A DNA stretch of 64,000 bases from Mytilus trossulus (taxonomy: Eukaryota): NCBI RefSeq assembly GCF_036588685.1, contig NC_086383.1, positions 12,462,001-12,526,000 of the forward strand. Reading direction: 5' to 3'. Made by a program: the position numbers and the translations under genes. This document shows, piece by piece, positions 47,878 through 59,500 of this stretch (positions within the stretch are counted from its first letter, which is position 1; each line of letters begins with the position of its first letter). The notes beneath the pieces are model-generated. The model was not told where the DNA came from. It did no database searches and was given only the letters and a program-made list of their open reading frames with translations.

Positions 47878-50168
47878 TTAACCAAATTCCATATTGTTGC
47901 TTTGCCAGTATTCGAACATGTGACAACCATTTTGTTACTATTCGTTGCAAAACGAATTGTCCGTGGAAACTCAATTCCTACGGTTGAAGACGGGATTTTT
48001 CTTATCAATTCTCCGTTATTTGGTGGATGTTTTTAGATTGGTTTGTTGCAATGTATAAATTGCCCATACAGTCTATTCCAATCCATCTAGGGTAAGATAA
48101 ATCAGAGTTGGTATAAGTAAACTTTTTCGTGTTACCGAATACATAATCGACAGAAGTGTGACTGTCAGCAAACATGTAATCAGTCTGTGATAATGATAAC
48201 ACAAAGTAAGATTGACCACTAGCTGTCCTTTTGTTAATTGTTTGTCCTGATGAAAGGTTTATCCACGTGAGTGTTGAACCATGACCAGTAATAAATATTT
48301 CTTCATTGACAAAGCATAATCCATACACTGGTATACCTGGTAAATTCAAAGTTTGTAACAAAATCAACGTATCACTATCTATTACACATATTCCATGCTT
48401 AGGAATGGATACAGCAACTTTGAAGTGGGTTACCGCAGCAATGTCCTCCGGTGAACCTGGAAGTGCCAATTCTGATAGCAAACTTTGTCCGTCATTGTTA
48501 TACTTCACTACTTTGTTCTTCCCACGAACTGGGAAAATTTCGATAAAATTTCGAAGTTACTATAACAAAATGGCGATTAAATAATTCTCAAACGTAGACG
48601 TTGATTTTGCACATGCAAATAATTCAAGAAAGATTTAACTGTTTTTAATTGCAATTAAATATGACATGTTATTGTAAATCGTATGATGATCAGAATAAAG
48701 CTAGATTGTGGAGATATTAATTAAGTCATCAACGTGATCAAAGAAAACAAACATGGCAACGTGGCCTAATCACGATGTAAGTTTTGTATATATATTAGTA
48801 TTATACGATTGTTTATGAAATCATTTTATTATAATATTTTGTATTAACAAAAGAAAACCACGAATGGATGATATGGTAACAAAGATGAAATATCTATAAA
48901 TATATATTGTTTAAATCATTACACAGGTAACCAGTACAGTTTGCATAACCCTAATTTAACCAGTCAAATACAGAGTCCTCGAAACTCATTATGACTGGAA
49001 TAGTTGCTTTTGCATTCAAAGAACTAACAGCGGATTTGTCAACTTTAATTCTTCCAAACGTCTGGGCATTCTTGATAAAATCTGTAATAGGGGGAGAAGG
49101 ACTAAAAACAACTGATACACTCTTTATATTTTTCACCAAATCTTCAATTTCTTGTTCAAGTTCTGATATTTTAGGTTCGATTTTATTAATTTCCATCAGA
49201 CATTGCTCCTCGGACCCATGTTCAAGAACACTGTCGATCACTGTTTTCCATTTTTTAACAGCGCTACTATAAGATGAAAGCATACCTACTTCGTCTTTTA
49301 CTTCTATTTCAACTTGCTTCTTGGTTGAGGTCAACTCGGTTAACAGGGTTTCTTCTATTCGATATAATTGCTTTAAAATTTCAGTCTTTATATCAGTCAC
49401 TTTTGTCTTAATCTCTTCTGTTGAAGTCTCAACATCAGCTAAATTCTTATTTCGATCATTAATAATTTCACCTATCTGAATCACGTGCTCTCTTAGTTTT
49501 TGTGATAAACCAGACGCTTTCGTTGACTGTTTGATACCCGAAGCGGCTTTTTGGATTGAAGTAACATTTTTACATTTACGATGTGAAAGTGTAGCGCACG
49601 ACGTACAGCAAGGTTGAGAATGATCCAAACAATAAAATTCTATGATCTTTCCTGGATGCTCGTCACAGCTTTGTACCTCACATACTTCAAAAGGTGTATT
49701 ACCGGACTGCATTTCTTGAATGTTTAGAAGTTTATGTCTTGCTGACATCTTAAAGTTTTTGTGACATTTTTCGCACTGTTCACAGAACGCCTCCTCACAA
49801 ATCGTACACCAGCTTTTCGCTTTTGTACTTTCTTTGTTTAACTGACACGAATTGCACATTTTCTCTGCCTTTTGTATTGCTCGTTTATCTAACATTGATG
49901 TTACAAAATGATTGGTAGGCAACGTGGTCGCCCATAATTCTGGTCTTTCCAATGTTTCCACTGCTGATACAATTTTTCGACAAACAGGACATGTAAATCC
50001 TTCGGTTATCTTTCCCTTTTCCACAGATGACACAATGTAGGTATTTATACACGATTCACAGAACGTATGAAGACATGGTAGATACTTCGGAACTTTGAAA
50101 GTTTCTAAACAAATTGTACACGTCAATAAATCATCGTAGTTTTCTGTATCCTCAGTGGGTGTCGCCAT
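47878..50168 (-). pseudogene. TRIM copy 6 (B-type): RING/B-box/coiled-coil part open (405 aa to 48951); propeller cut off by foreign sequence at about 48531-49012 and frameshifted
   Basis: Homology stops after VSSLN and resumes at VRGKNKVVKY; 7-nt deletion near 48014 and 1-nt deletion near 47890. Confidence 0.85.
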
Positions 50169-50433
50169 TATCAAAATAAACTTTGACCGTAAATATATAC
50201 TTCCTTGTGTGCGTGTATTTATAGTTATTGACTTTGTGTATTTACCTAGTTGTGACAGATAAGATAAACAACCAAAAGGGTACGACAACAAACATTTTTT
50301 TAAATACACAAGTTCTTACTAAAGGCTATTTTGAGGTAATTTTAAATTGATTCTTTGTTATCTTTTATTCTGAAAAAGTATTAGCTGTTAGCTGTTATTG
50401 TCTTACATGTCTTATTCCTTGTAATTAGCTGTA

Positions 50434-50786
50434 GGTACTTTTGATAACTATTTAAACCACTTGGTCGACATGGTCGATGCCACTGCTGGTGGACGTTTCG
50501 TCCCCGATGGTATCACCAGCCCAGTAGTCAACATTTCGGTGTTGACATGAATATCAATCATGTGGTCATTTTATTTTATAAATTTCCTGATTACAAAACT
50601 TTGATTTTTTTCGATTCCAAGCATAGATTACCTTAGCCGTATTTGGCACAACTTTTTGGAATTTTAGATCCTCAATGCTCTTCAACTTTGTGCTTGTTTA
50701 GCTATGTGAGCGTCACTGATGAGACTTATGTAGACGAAACGCGCGTCTGAAGTACTAAATTATAATCCTGGTACTTTTGATAACTA
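50434..50786 (+). mobile_element. Family-1 retrozyme-like monomer with hammerhead at 50710-50753 (stem II mismatch)
   Basis: Terminal redundancy ggtacttttgataacta at 50434 and 50770; same insertion site as upstream of copies 2 and 3. Confidence 0.8.
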
Positions 50787-52796
50787 TTATTATACAGGAC
50801 TATTATATTTTTTGTTATCTTTTATTGTGAGTATGTATTAATAAAAATTAGAATATTACAAATTTTTGACAGACAGTCTTCACTAGAAATTGAAGATAAT
50901 TGAACATTTTGACTTAGACGGAGAGTTGTCTCATTGGCACTCACATCACACCTTCTTACATCTATTAGGTTCTTTCCAGAATTTTACAGAATTTTTTTTC
51001 CCGATTTTCATTTATTGTCGAAAAGAAATGTCCAACGAAATAATTGCGTTATCCGGCCTTATGTTGTACGGTTACGACCACTGTACCATGTTAGGGGAGG
51101 GATGGGCGCATATTAAAATGTTTAACCTAGCATATTCTGTATGTTCCTGTCCCGAGTCAGGAGCCTGTAATTCAGTGGTTGTCGTTTGTGGCTGTGTAAC
51201 TAATTTTGTTTGTTCATTGTTTTGAAGCAACTCTGAAAAAGAGAACAAATGATAAAAAAAACTAACAAATATAGCTCATCATATGGCCTTCATCAATGAA
51301 TGAGCAAACCCATACCGCATAAGAAGCTTTTCACAGATCATGTTTTTGATTTATATGGCAATAAAGTATTTGATATAATTTAACAACTTCAATTTAATTT
51401 CTCGACAAATAATTGTCGAGTACTTTTCTACATTGGCTATATATAGGTATAGGGGGAGGGTTGACTATGCGCATTTGGTTTAATGAATGAATTAAACAGA
51501 TACCATGCACAGATTAAAAACAAATGTTTTTATTTTTTACAGAGCACTTCATTTCATCTGGAAGTCTGTATTAAGGTTTATGAATTTATAATTTATGACG
51601 TTTTTTGGTTGACCATTATTGAATGTTTATTTCACAAATGTTTATAGACATGTTCCCGCACCGGAGGCGTCCTTCAGCTGGCCCCTTATAAGTATCGAAA
51701 TATTAAGGATTTTCTTATCCCAGGAACAGATTACCTTAGCTGTATTTGGCAAAACTTTAAGGAATGTTTAGTCCTCAGTGCTTTTCAACTTCGTTTATTA
51801 GTTTGGTCTTTTAAACATTTTTTTTATTCTAGCGTTATAGGGGTTTAGTATCATACCATTATAACATATATGAGAAGAACATAACCCGCGTCATGCCAAC
51901 AACTGTTTTTTAGAATGAATGTGTTTAGTTCCGATGCAAAGACCTTATCAAATGCATTGCCTTGAACTATATAACTGATGTTAAACACACTTAGTTCAGA
52001 GATGTATTATAGGATGGCACGTGGTTCTTCATAAATTAAATCAGTTTATTTTAGCAGTGGCATTGACATTTGAGCCGTCAAGTTTTCAAACATTGTTTGA
52101 TTCGTTCTTGTCTGGTTTGTGTCCGGTCCATATATTTTGAACCTTTGAACCAGGGTTTTCCCAACTAAGTATGCATATACATCATATAATAGGGGATGGT
52201 CATAAACTAAAATCAGGTCACTATGATATGGATCCAATCATAATGGAGTCCTGTCCGCGACATATATAGCTGCAAAACTAATGTTTTTACATTGTCAAGG
52301 GCCTTTTATAGCCGACTATGCGGTATGGGTTTTGCTCATTGTTGAAGGCCATACGATGACCTACAGTTGTTAATGTCTGTGTCATTTTGGTCTCTTATGG
52401 ACAGCTGTCTCATTGGCAATCATACCACATCTTCTTTTTTTTATATATTTAACAAACTTCAGATACAGAAGTCGGTTTTACAAAACAACTGAAGACAAGA
52501 TTTATCGCAAGTAAACTGAACTATTCATGACTTGCGACCAGCTTAAGTCGTAAGATTTGTTGTGAAACTGACCCCAGATGCAAAATTAGAATGCGGTGAT
52601 TTACAAACTAAACTTAGGTCCCACGGTGACCCTTATTTTGACACTTGGGATTATATACTTTACAAACACTTTAATTTCATAACGTGATTTTTTTATTACC
52701 ACTGCATTTATTTTCACTCACGTTTGTGCAGTCAAAGGTTTTGCAGTTATAAATGCAAGCATTAATGTCTTACCAGTATTCAAAACTTAGATATTA

Positions 52797-53420
52797 CTAG
52801 AACACACCCGTGATATCGCGGGTCCGTGACTGAAATAAAGTATATAACTATGCGCAAGACTTATTTTTGTAAAAGTATTGTCATCTGATAAAGTCATGCC
52901 GATTATAAGATAGTTATCACAGTTTTCTCTGCTTTCAAATCTTTCTGTTTGAACCCGTCTAACTGGAACTTATCAATTATTGGTAATATTAATCATTTGG
53001 AAAACAAAAGGTCCTGGGATGGAGTATTTTTTTAATCAACAGCATTGTCCTATATTAGTTATAAATAAAGTTGAATTCTTTAATTCGCTGTTTTACGTCA
53101 TGCCCGTTAACAAATTGAAAACTGTACCTATACGCCTTATTTTTAGTATTCGTATTGTTATCTTATAAAGTCTTACTGATTAAAATACTACAATAGGTAA
53201 CAATTTGACAGTTTAGTAGTGTCAACCCTGTGATTAGGACCCGTGTATATAGCATATCCTGAAAACACTGTTTGGTGGTGCGCCTGTCAAATGCGGAACG
53301 TACAGATAAGGTAATAGGTAACAGATGAATATACTATTGGTATCGGTATCGGACTCGACCCGGAACTTCTTAATTATTGGCAATATTAATTACGTGGAAA
53401 ACAAAAGGGCCTGGAGTATG
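52797..53420 (-). mobile_element. Non-autonomous Helitron 3' end
   Basis: The minus strand ends in hairpin ACCCGCGA-TA-TCACGGGT, then GTGTT-CTAG|T. Internal ~60-bp repeat at about 52965 and 53362; 5' boundary uncertain. Confidence 0.65.
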
Positions 53421-53448
53421 GAAAGCCAACGGGGTCAAAATTCTTAAT

Positions 53449-53670
53449 TCGTGACTTGTCAATTTGTAACTTGTAACTGTGTGATTTGTCAATTTGTATA
53501 TTGATGTTTTGTTACTTGTCGATTCGATAAATGTCGATTTGTAAATTGTCTATTTGTATATTGATGTTTTGTACTTGTCGATTCGTAAATTGTTAATTTG
53601 TATATTGATGATTTGTAACTTGTCGATTCGTTAAATGTCGATTCGTGAAATGTCAATGTGTGAAATGTCA
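53449..53670. repeat. Degenerate 15-bp minisatellite (ttgtcgattcgtaaa-like)
   Basis: Visible 15-nt periodicity. Confidence 0.7.
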
Positions 53671-54484
53671 TCGTTGTATTATGCTAACGATCATTATGAC
53701 GACAGCTGGCGCTCGGTCTCTTATTATGTGTATAGGCCTCCTGTAAGTATGTGCACCGCCATATGGAATATATATACCAAAGTAATTTAAATCAGTTCTG
53801 TGCACCACCACATACATATAAAAGAAACCAATAGATAAATGCATTTGTTTGTTTTATATGGCATGTATACCAGGGACTCGGTCTTATAAAGAGGTGACCT
53901 CAAATAAGCATGTTTGTTTACTAATGTACTGGTCACCAAACCTGGGATGGGGTTTGTCACTTCCTGTATTAAGGTATACATAGATGTGTCGCTGGAACGG
54001 GCTTCCTTATCAACTTCGCAAATATATTACTGACACTTGGCAGGATATTTCTACTTAATATTTAACCGGGTCAAAATAAGACTAAATACATAAAATATAA
54101 GACAGGGCTTGATCATTTATACTAATATTATCCTGGGCCGCAAATTTTGGACTAAATGTATAGTGGGAGAAATGGTTTGACACCCATTATTCCTTAATAT
54201 TATAATCTCAATATGAAAATTTCAGAAAAGAATGTAATTATCTAATGATCTTTTAATACAAGAAGTAAATGGAAGAACAATCTTTATATATTTGGCTCCT
54301 GCATGAGTAATGAAGATAAAAAAATGTTTTATCCGCATATCATATTTGTACTTTACAAAACAAACTGAAGTGAACAATTATTTTAAATGAATCACTTAGT
54401 TATCGTATACTATATATCAAAACTGTATTGAATATGCACTATTTTGAAATAAAATCTGAAGGCAACAGAAAACTAAACGAGGAC

Positions 54485-54835
54485 CTTAAATGGACTACCA
54501 ATATTTCCAACGTATCCAAGAAGGCAAATTAACACTAGGATTCCTGATCAGAAATTTGAGATATTGTTTATCGGAATGCAAGAAAACCGCATATATTTCA
54601 ATGGTCAGGTCAATAATGGGATATCATATGGTCAATAGTATGGGACCACAAACATCAATAAGCTTGAAAGAATACAGCGACAACCTGCGAGATTTATAAC
54701 AGGAGACAAATCCAGAGAAGTTGGTTGCGTCTCAAACACGCTCACCAAACTGAAACTACAAGACAAACAGACAAGACGCTCAAGCCAGAAACTAGTATTT
54801 CTATACGAGGTGGTCCATGGGCTGGTTTCTCAGTG
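54485..54835 (+). mobile_element. CR1-group LINE RT C-terminal relic
   Basis: TLGFLIRNLRYC...KKTAYISMVRSIM...INKLERIQRQPARFITG; frameshifted. Confidence 0.7.
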
Positions 54836-54979
54836 TTATAGAACCAGACAATTAAAAAAAAAAGCTCGTTCAAAAAGAATACTAATTACTGGCAAGGGCC
54901 TGATTTAACAATTATCATAAAATTGAGAATGTGTCAAAGAGACAACAACCCGACCATAGAGCAGACAACAACCGAAGTC

Positions 54980-55453
54980 TGTGACAATATGATAGGCTAA
55001 AAATATATATATAAATATATATAAAATATATTTATATTTATATTGATGATTATATATTCTTAAAATGTTTATTAAATTGAATAAAATAAATACAGGGGAA
55101 TATCTATTAAGTAAATTATGACCTTGTAAAAGGTTGTTCAGTTGACCGCTGGGTTGCATATAACATGTTTACATGCAGAACAGGTGGTGACATGTAGCAA
55201 TAACAATTAGTTATAACACTGGACATACGTGTATTCTTCGAACATCAATTTCCAGGTTGGTCAAAACATGTCAATTAGAGTCAACTTAATAGATATTCAT
55301 CCCTGTATCTTTAGAATTAAAACTATAATGGTCAAGTTAATAGAAACCTTGACGCTGTTTATATTCGGTATATATATTTGTGTATTTTATTATATTGGAC
55401 ACATCGGTCTAGGCAACGTTAATAAACTTATAGCAAAATACCATCTTGTTATA
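54980..55453 (+). repeat. 5' LTR
   Basis: TGTGACAATATG...CATCTTGTTATA; I count 4 mismatches to the 3' LTR. Confidence 0.93.
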
Positions 55454-55463
55454 AGACTCTTTT

Positions 55464-55482
55464 TGGTGAACCGTGCCAGGAC
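55464..55482 (+). promoter_or_regulatory. Putative primer-binding site TGGTGAACCGTGCCAGGAC
   Basis: TGG-initiated tract 10 nt after the 5' LTR; cognate tRNA not assigned. Confidence 0.55.
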
Positions 55483-55550
55483 GAATTCTGAAAATACTAA
55501 GGTACGTGTGATATTTTATTTTGATAATCTTAATTATTATATTCTCAAAA

Positions 55551-56546
55551 ATGGCTGAACAAGAATTTAATGTAGGGTTAGTTTTTCAAAATTTAGCAAC
55601 ACAAGTTCAAAGTCTTACTCAAAAGTTAACTGCAAACGGTGTCAATACGATAGTTGAAGGTTTTGATGGTTCAAATTCAGAAATATTTTCTCAATGGATT
55701 CGTTCAATAGACAAATATGCAATGATTACAAATTTAAGTCCAAATGATTGTAAAATTATATGTTATCAAACATCTGTAGGGCCAGTAAGTGATTTCATTG
55801 CTAGGTGGTTAAGAGAAACCGATCAGGAGAATAATAATTGGGAAAATCTAAAAACTCAATTGAATTTTCGTTATGGGCATATTCCTGATGCATCATATGC
55901 ATTTGAGCTTCTGAATAAGGTTAATCAAAAAATTGGCGAAAATGTTCCAATATTTGGAGAACGAATTTTAACTTTGGCAACAGATGCTTTTAGGGGACAA
56001 GATATCAATCAACCAATAGTTCAACTTCAATTAGTTAACTTTTTCATAAATGGGTTGTATCAGGATTATTTGAGAATGAAAATAATGCGTGAAAATCCAC
56101 AAACTTTGGCTCAAGCAGTAAACTCGGCAATGGCTGAAACACAATTACGAAGAAAATTTGATTTGAAAAAAAATAACGGTAATGAGCGTAATATAACACC
56201 AATGGACATATCGCATTACCGAGAAATAGGTGTGAAATGTAACAATTGTAACAGATTCGGCCATAAGGCAAAATATTGCAGGGATAAACCGAAATTTCAT
56301 GTAAATGTAGTAAGTTCGCGTGCCGAATTACATGTACCCCGAGGCAATTCTAATGACAATACGATAAGTAATAATGCAAATACATATCCTAGAAGGTTTA
56401 ATTCTGTACAAAACAAGTCTGACTTGACAGGACAACAAAGAAGAACATTCTTCTGTTGGAACTGTGGTAAACCAGGTCATTATGAAAGAAATTGTAGAGC
56501 AAGATCAAATGAACAATTTAGGAAACCAAGGGAAAATTTAAACTAA
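55551..56546 (+). CDS. gag: Gag, 331 aa, with two CCHC zinc knuckles
   Basis: ATG at 55551; CNNCNRFGHKAKYC and CWNCGKPGHYERNC. Confidence 0.9.
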   Translation: MAEQEFNVGLVFQNLATQVQSLTQKLTANGVNTIVEGFDGSNSEIFSQWIRSIDKYAMITNLSPNDCKIICYQTSVGPVSDFIARWLRETDQENNNWENLKTQLNFRYGHIPDASYAFELLNKVNQKIGENVPIFGERILTLATDAFRGQDINQPIVQLQLVNFFINGLYQDYLRMKIMRENPQTLAQAVNSAMAETQLRRKFDLKKNNGNERNITPMDISHYREIGVKCNNCNRFGHKAKYCRDKPKFHVNVVSSRAELHVPRGNSNDNTISNNANTYPRRFNSVQNKSDLTGQQRRTFFCWNCGKPGHYERNCRARSNEQFRKPRENLN

Positions 56547-56581
56547 GACGGTCTCTTTATGCTGAAGCCAATAGGGAGACT
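56537..56581 (+). promoter_or_regulatory. -1 programmed ribosomal frameshift signal (T TTA AAC plus downstream hairpin)
   Basis: Correctly phased slippery heptamer just before the gag stop, 6-nt spacer, 11-bp stem GGTCTCTTTAT/ATAGGGAGACT; the -1 frame is open into ORF 56606. Confidence 0.75.
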
Positions 56582-59500
56582 TTTAAGGGAATTAAGGGAA
56601 ATAAGATGTTTGAGAGAAAAATTAATTATAGATATACAAAACCTGTATATAATATATATGAATCATGGTTAAAAAAAATAAATAACAAATCAACAGATTT
56701 TAACAATGCATGTTCTAACAATTCTACCTATCACTGGAATAAAAATTATTATAAAAGATCTAACAATTGTAATTCAAAACCGGAAACAAACAAAGAAAAA
56801 ATGGCGCGAAATTTATTCTAAACCGGAAGTAAACAAAGAAAAAATGGCGCGAAATTTCAAATCAAAACCGGAAGTAAACAAAGGAAATATGGCGCGAAAT
56901 TCAAAATTCAGCGGAAATAAAAAGGTTAGAGCGCGAAATTCAAATATACAAACTAGAAATATTGAAACTTATCAAGAACGAAAATCATTTAAAAATGTAT
57001 CAGAAAGCAAAATTGAAAATGAATCTGAACAAGTAGAAACATTTGAAATTAATTTAGCGGGAAATCCAAATTCTTGTTTGATTAAAATTGCACATATGAA
57101 AGTTAGAAGTTTAATTGACAGTGGAGCTTCAGTATCTTTATTGCATAATAAGATTTACAATTCAATTAAAGGATTACCAAAATTAGAAAAAAAGAAAGTC
57201 AATTTACAAGGAGTTAACGGGGCTTCTTTAAATGTTTTAGGAAGTATAAATTTAGACTTTAACATGAAAGGGAACAAAATGAATCATACCTTTTATGTAG
57301 TATCGGACATGAACAGAAATGCAATTTTGGGTCGTGATTGGTTAGTAAAATTTGGTGTTAGAGTTTATTTTGATTTGGGATGTTTAAGGATAAATAAAAC
57401 TTATGTACCACTAGTGGAAGATATTCATATAGCTTCAATTGTTAGGCTTGCTCAAACCACTGTAATTAAACCTCAGACAAGTAATATCTGTTATGTAAAA
57501 GGTAATAAAAATTATACAACTTCAAGTTCTAAATCTTTTGAAATTTCACCAATTACTAAGGGGCATTTGAGTTATCAACCAGGGTTAATGGTTGCTAATT
57601 CAGTTGCAAACTTTAATGAAAAACGTCATATGCCAGTTCTTATAGTAAATACTACGAATAAAACTTATAAGTTTAGAAGGGGCATAGCAATAGGAAGGGC
57701 TTCACCAGTTTTAGAAGAAAATGTTGTCTCACTTGAATCTACTCAAGAGCACTCTGAAATTGAAAATGTTTTTGAAACTGTTCATAGGGGTAGGGTGTTA
57801 CAAATGTTGAATAACAATAGAGATGTTTTTGCTTTCAAGGATACTGAATTAGGTCAAACTGACACTGTGAAAATGAGAATAGATACAGGGGATAATCCTC
57901 CGGTTCAATTGAAACCTTATCGAACTCCATTACACAAAAGAGAAATAGTCAATAAAGCAATAACTGACATGTTAGAAGCAAACATTATAAGAAGATCAAA
58001 CAGTAACTATTCCTCACCAGTTGTTTTAGTTGATAAGAAAGATAAAACTACACGTTTCTGCATAGATTTCAGATCCCTGAATTCTTCTACTTTAGCAATC
58101 CGATATCCACTTCCGGTTATCGATGATATATTGACACTTTTAGGGGCTGCCAAGTTTTACACATTAATTGACCTAAGGGCAGGATTCTGGCAAATTAAGA
58201 TGGCGGAAGAAGATAAATCAAAAACAGCATTTGTTTGTCATAAGGGACTTTTTGAATTTAATGTTATGCCATTTGGATTGCAAAATAGTCCTGCTGTATT
58301 TAGTCAATTGATGTAAATAGTTTTACAAGATCTAAGTTTTGCTATCTCTTATATTGACGATATTTTGATATTTTCTGAAACTTTAGAAGAACATTTTGGT
58401 CACATTCAACAAGTATTTGACAGATTGAGACAACATAATTTGAAATTGAAATTAAAGAAATGTCAATTTTTGCAGGAAGAAACTAATTATCTAGGTTTTA
58501 AAATCAATATCGACGGTGTAAAACCGGACGATGCCAAAGTTGAGGCAATAAAAACATTACCAAACCCTGTTACTGTTAAGGAGGTAAGAAGTTTTATAGG
58601 GGCGTGTTCATACTATAGACGATTTATCCCTAATTTTTCAAAGATTTCTATACCTTTAGTTGCTTTAACTAAAAAATATGCTAAATTTCAATGGGATGAT
58701 GAATGTCAAAGAGCTTTTGATTTTTTGAAAGATAGTTTAACTGTAACTCCTTTATTAGCATATCCAGATTTGAAGAAACCTTATGTTTTATATACTGACG
58801 CTTCTAATGATACCATAGGCGCATGTCTTACGCAACCTTGCGAAGAAGAGGAGACTCATTTATCATGTTTAAGAAAAGAAAAACCTATTTACATTTTATC
58901 TCATAAATTATCAGATACACAGTCTAGGTGGTCTACTATTGAAAAAGAAGCCTTTAGCATTCATTATGCATTACAAAAATTAGATCATTATCTTCATGGA
59001 GCTGAATTTATTATCAGAACTGACCACAAGCCTTTAAAGTATTTATTGCTTTCGCCACAATGTAACAAAAAATTACAGCTTTGGGCTTTAGGGATTGCAA
59101 GTTACAATTGTAAGATTGAATGGCTAGCGGGGACTGATAATACTATTGCTGACTATCTTTCAAGAAGACCTCCGGGTCAAGAAGGCAATCAAAATCAAAG
59201 TGAAACAATTGAAGTAGATATAAGTGACAAGGCTTTTCAAATCAATACTTTGAATTCAAATGAGTTCAATCCAAAAGATTTTGCAAGTTGTGACTATAAA
59301 GAAGATGATCAACTTAGCGTTAAGGAATGCACAATTCCTGGTTATGACATGAAAATTGAACAATCTTTAGACATAGAACTTTCGGAAATTATTAATCAAA
59401 TAAACACAGGTAAGGCTTCAAAAAGTGTTGATAATAAACATATTATTATCAATGATATACTTTATTACATTTCTCACCCTGATGATGATTTAAAGTTAAG

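Noticed and set aside
2824-49272. Long + strand ORFs overlapping TRIM genes (e.g. 3229-3870, 9203-9850, 14346-14954, 34881-35432, 42729-43229)
   Set aside because: Antisense shadows of the TRIM frame, with variable ends, mostly non-ATG starts and no recognisable domains.
50169-50309. N-terminal extension of ORF 48951-50309, and the MIM starts of the other copies
   Set aside because: These come from non-ATG starts in the ORF caller; the conserved ATG is at MATP.
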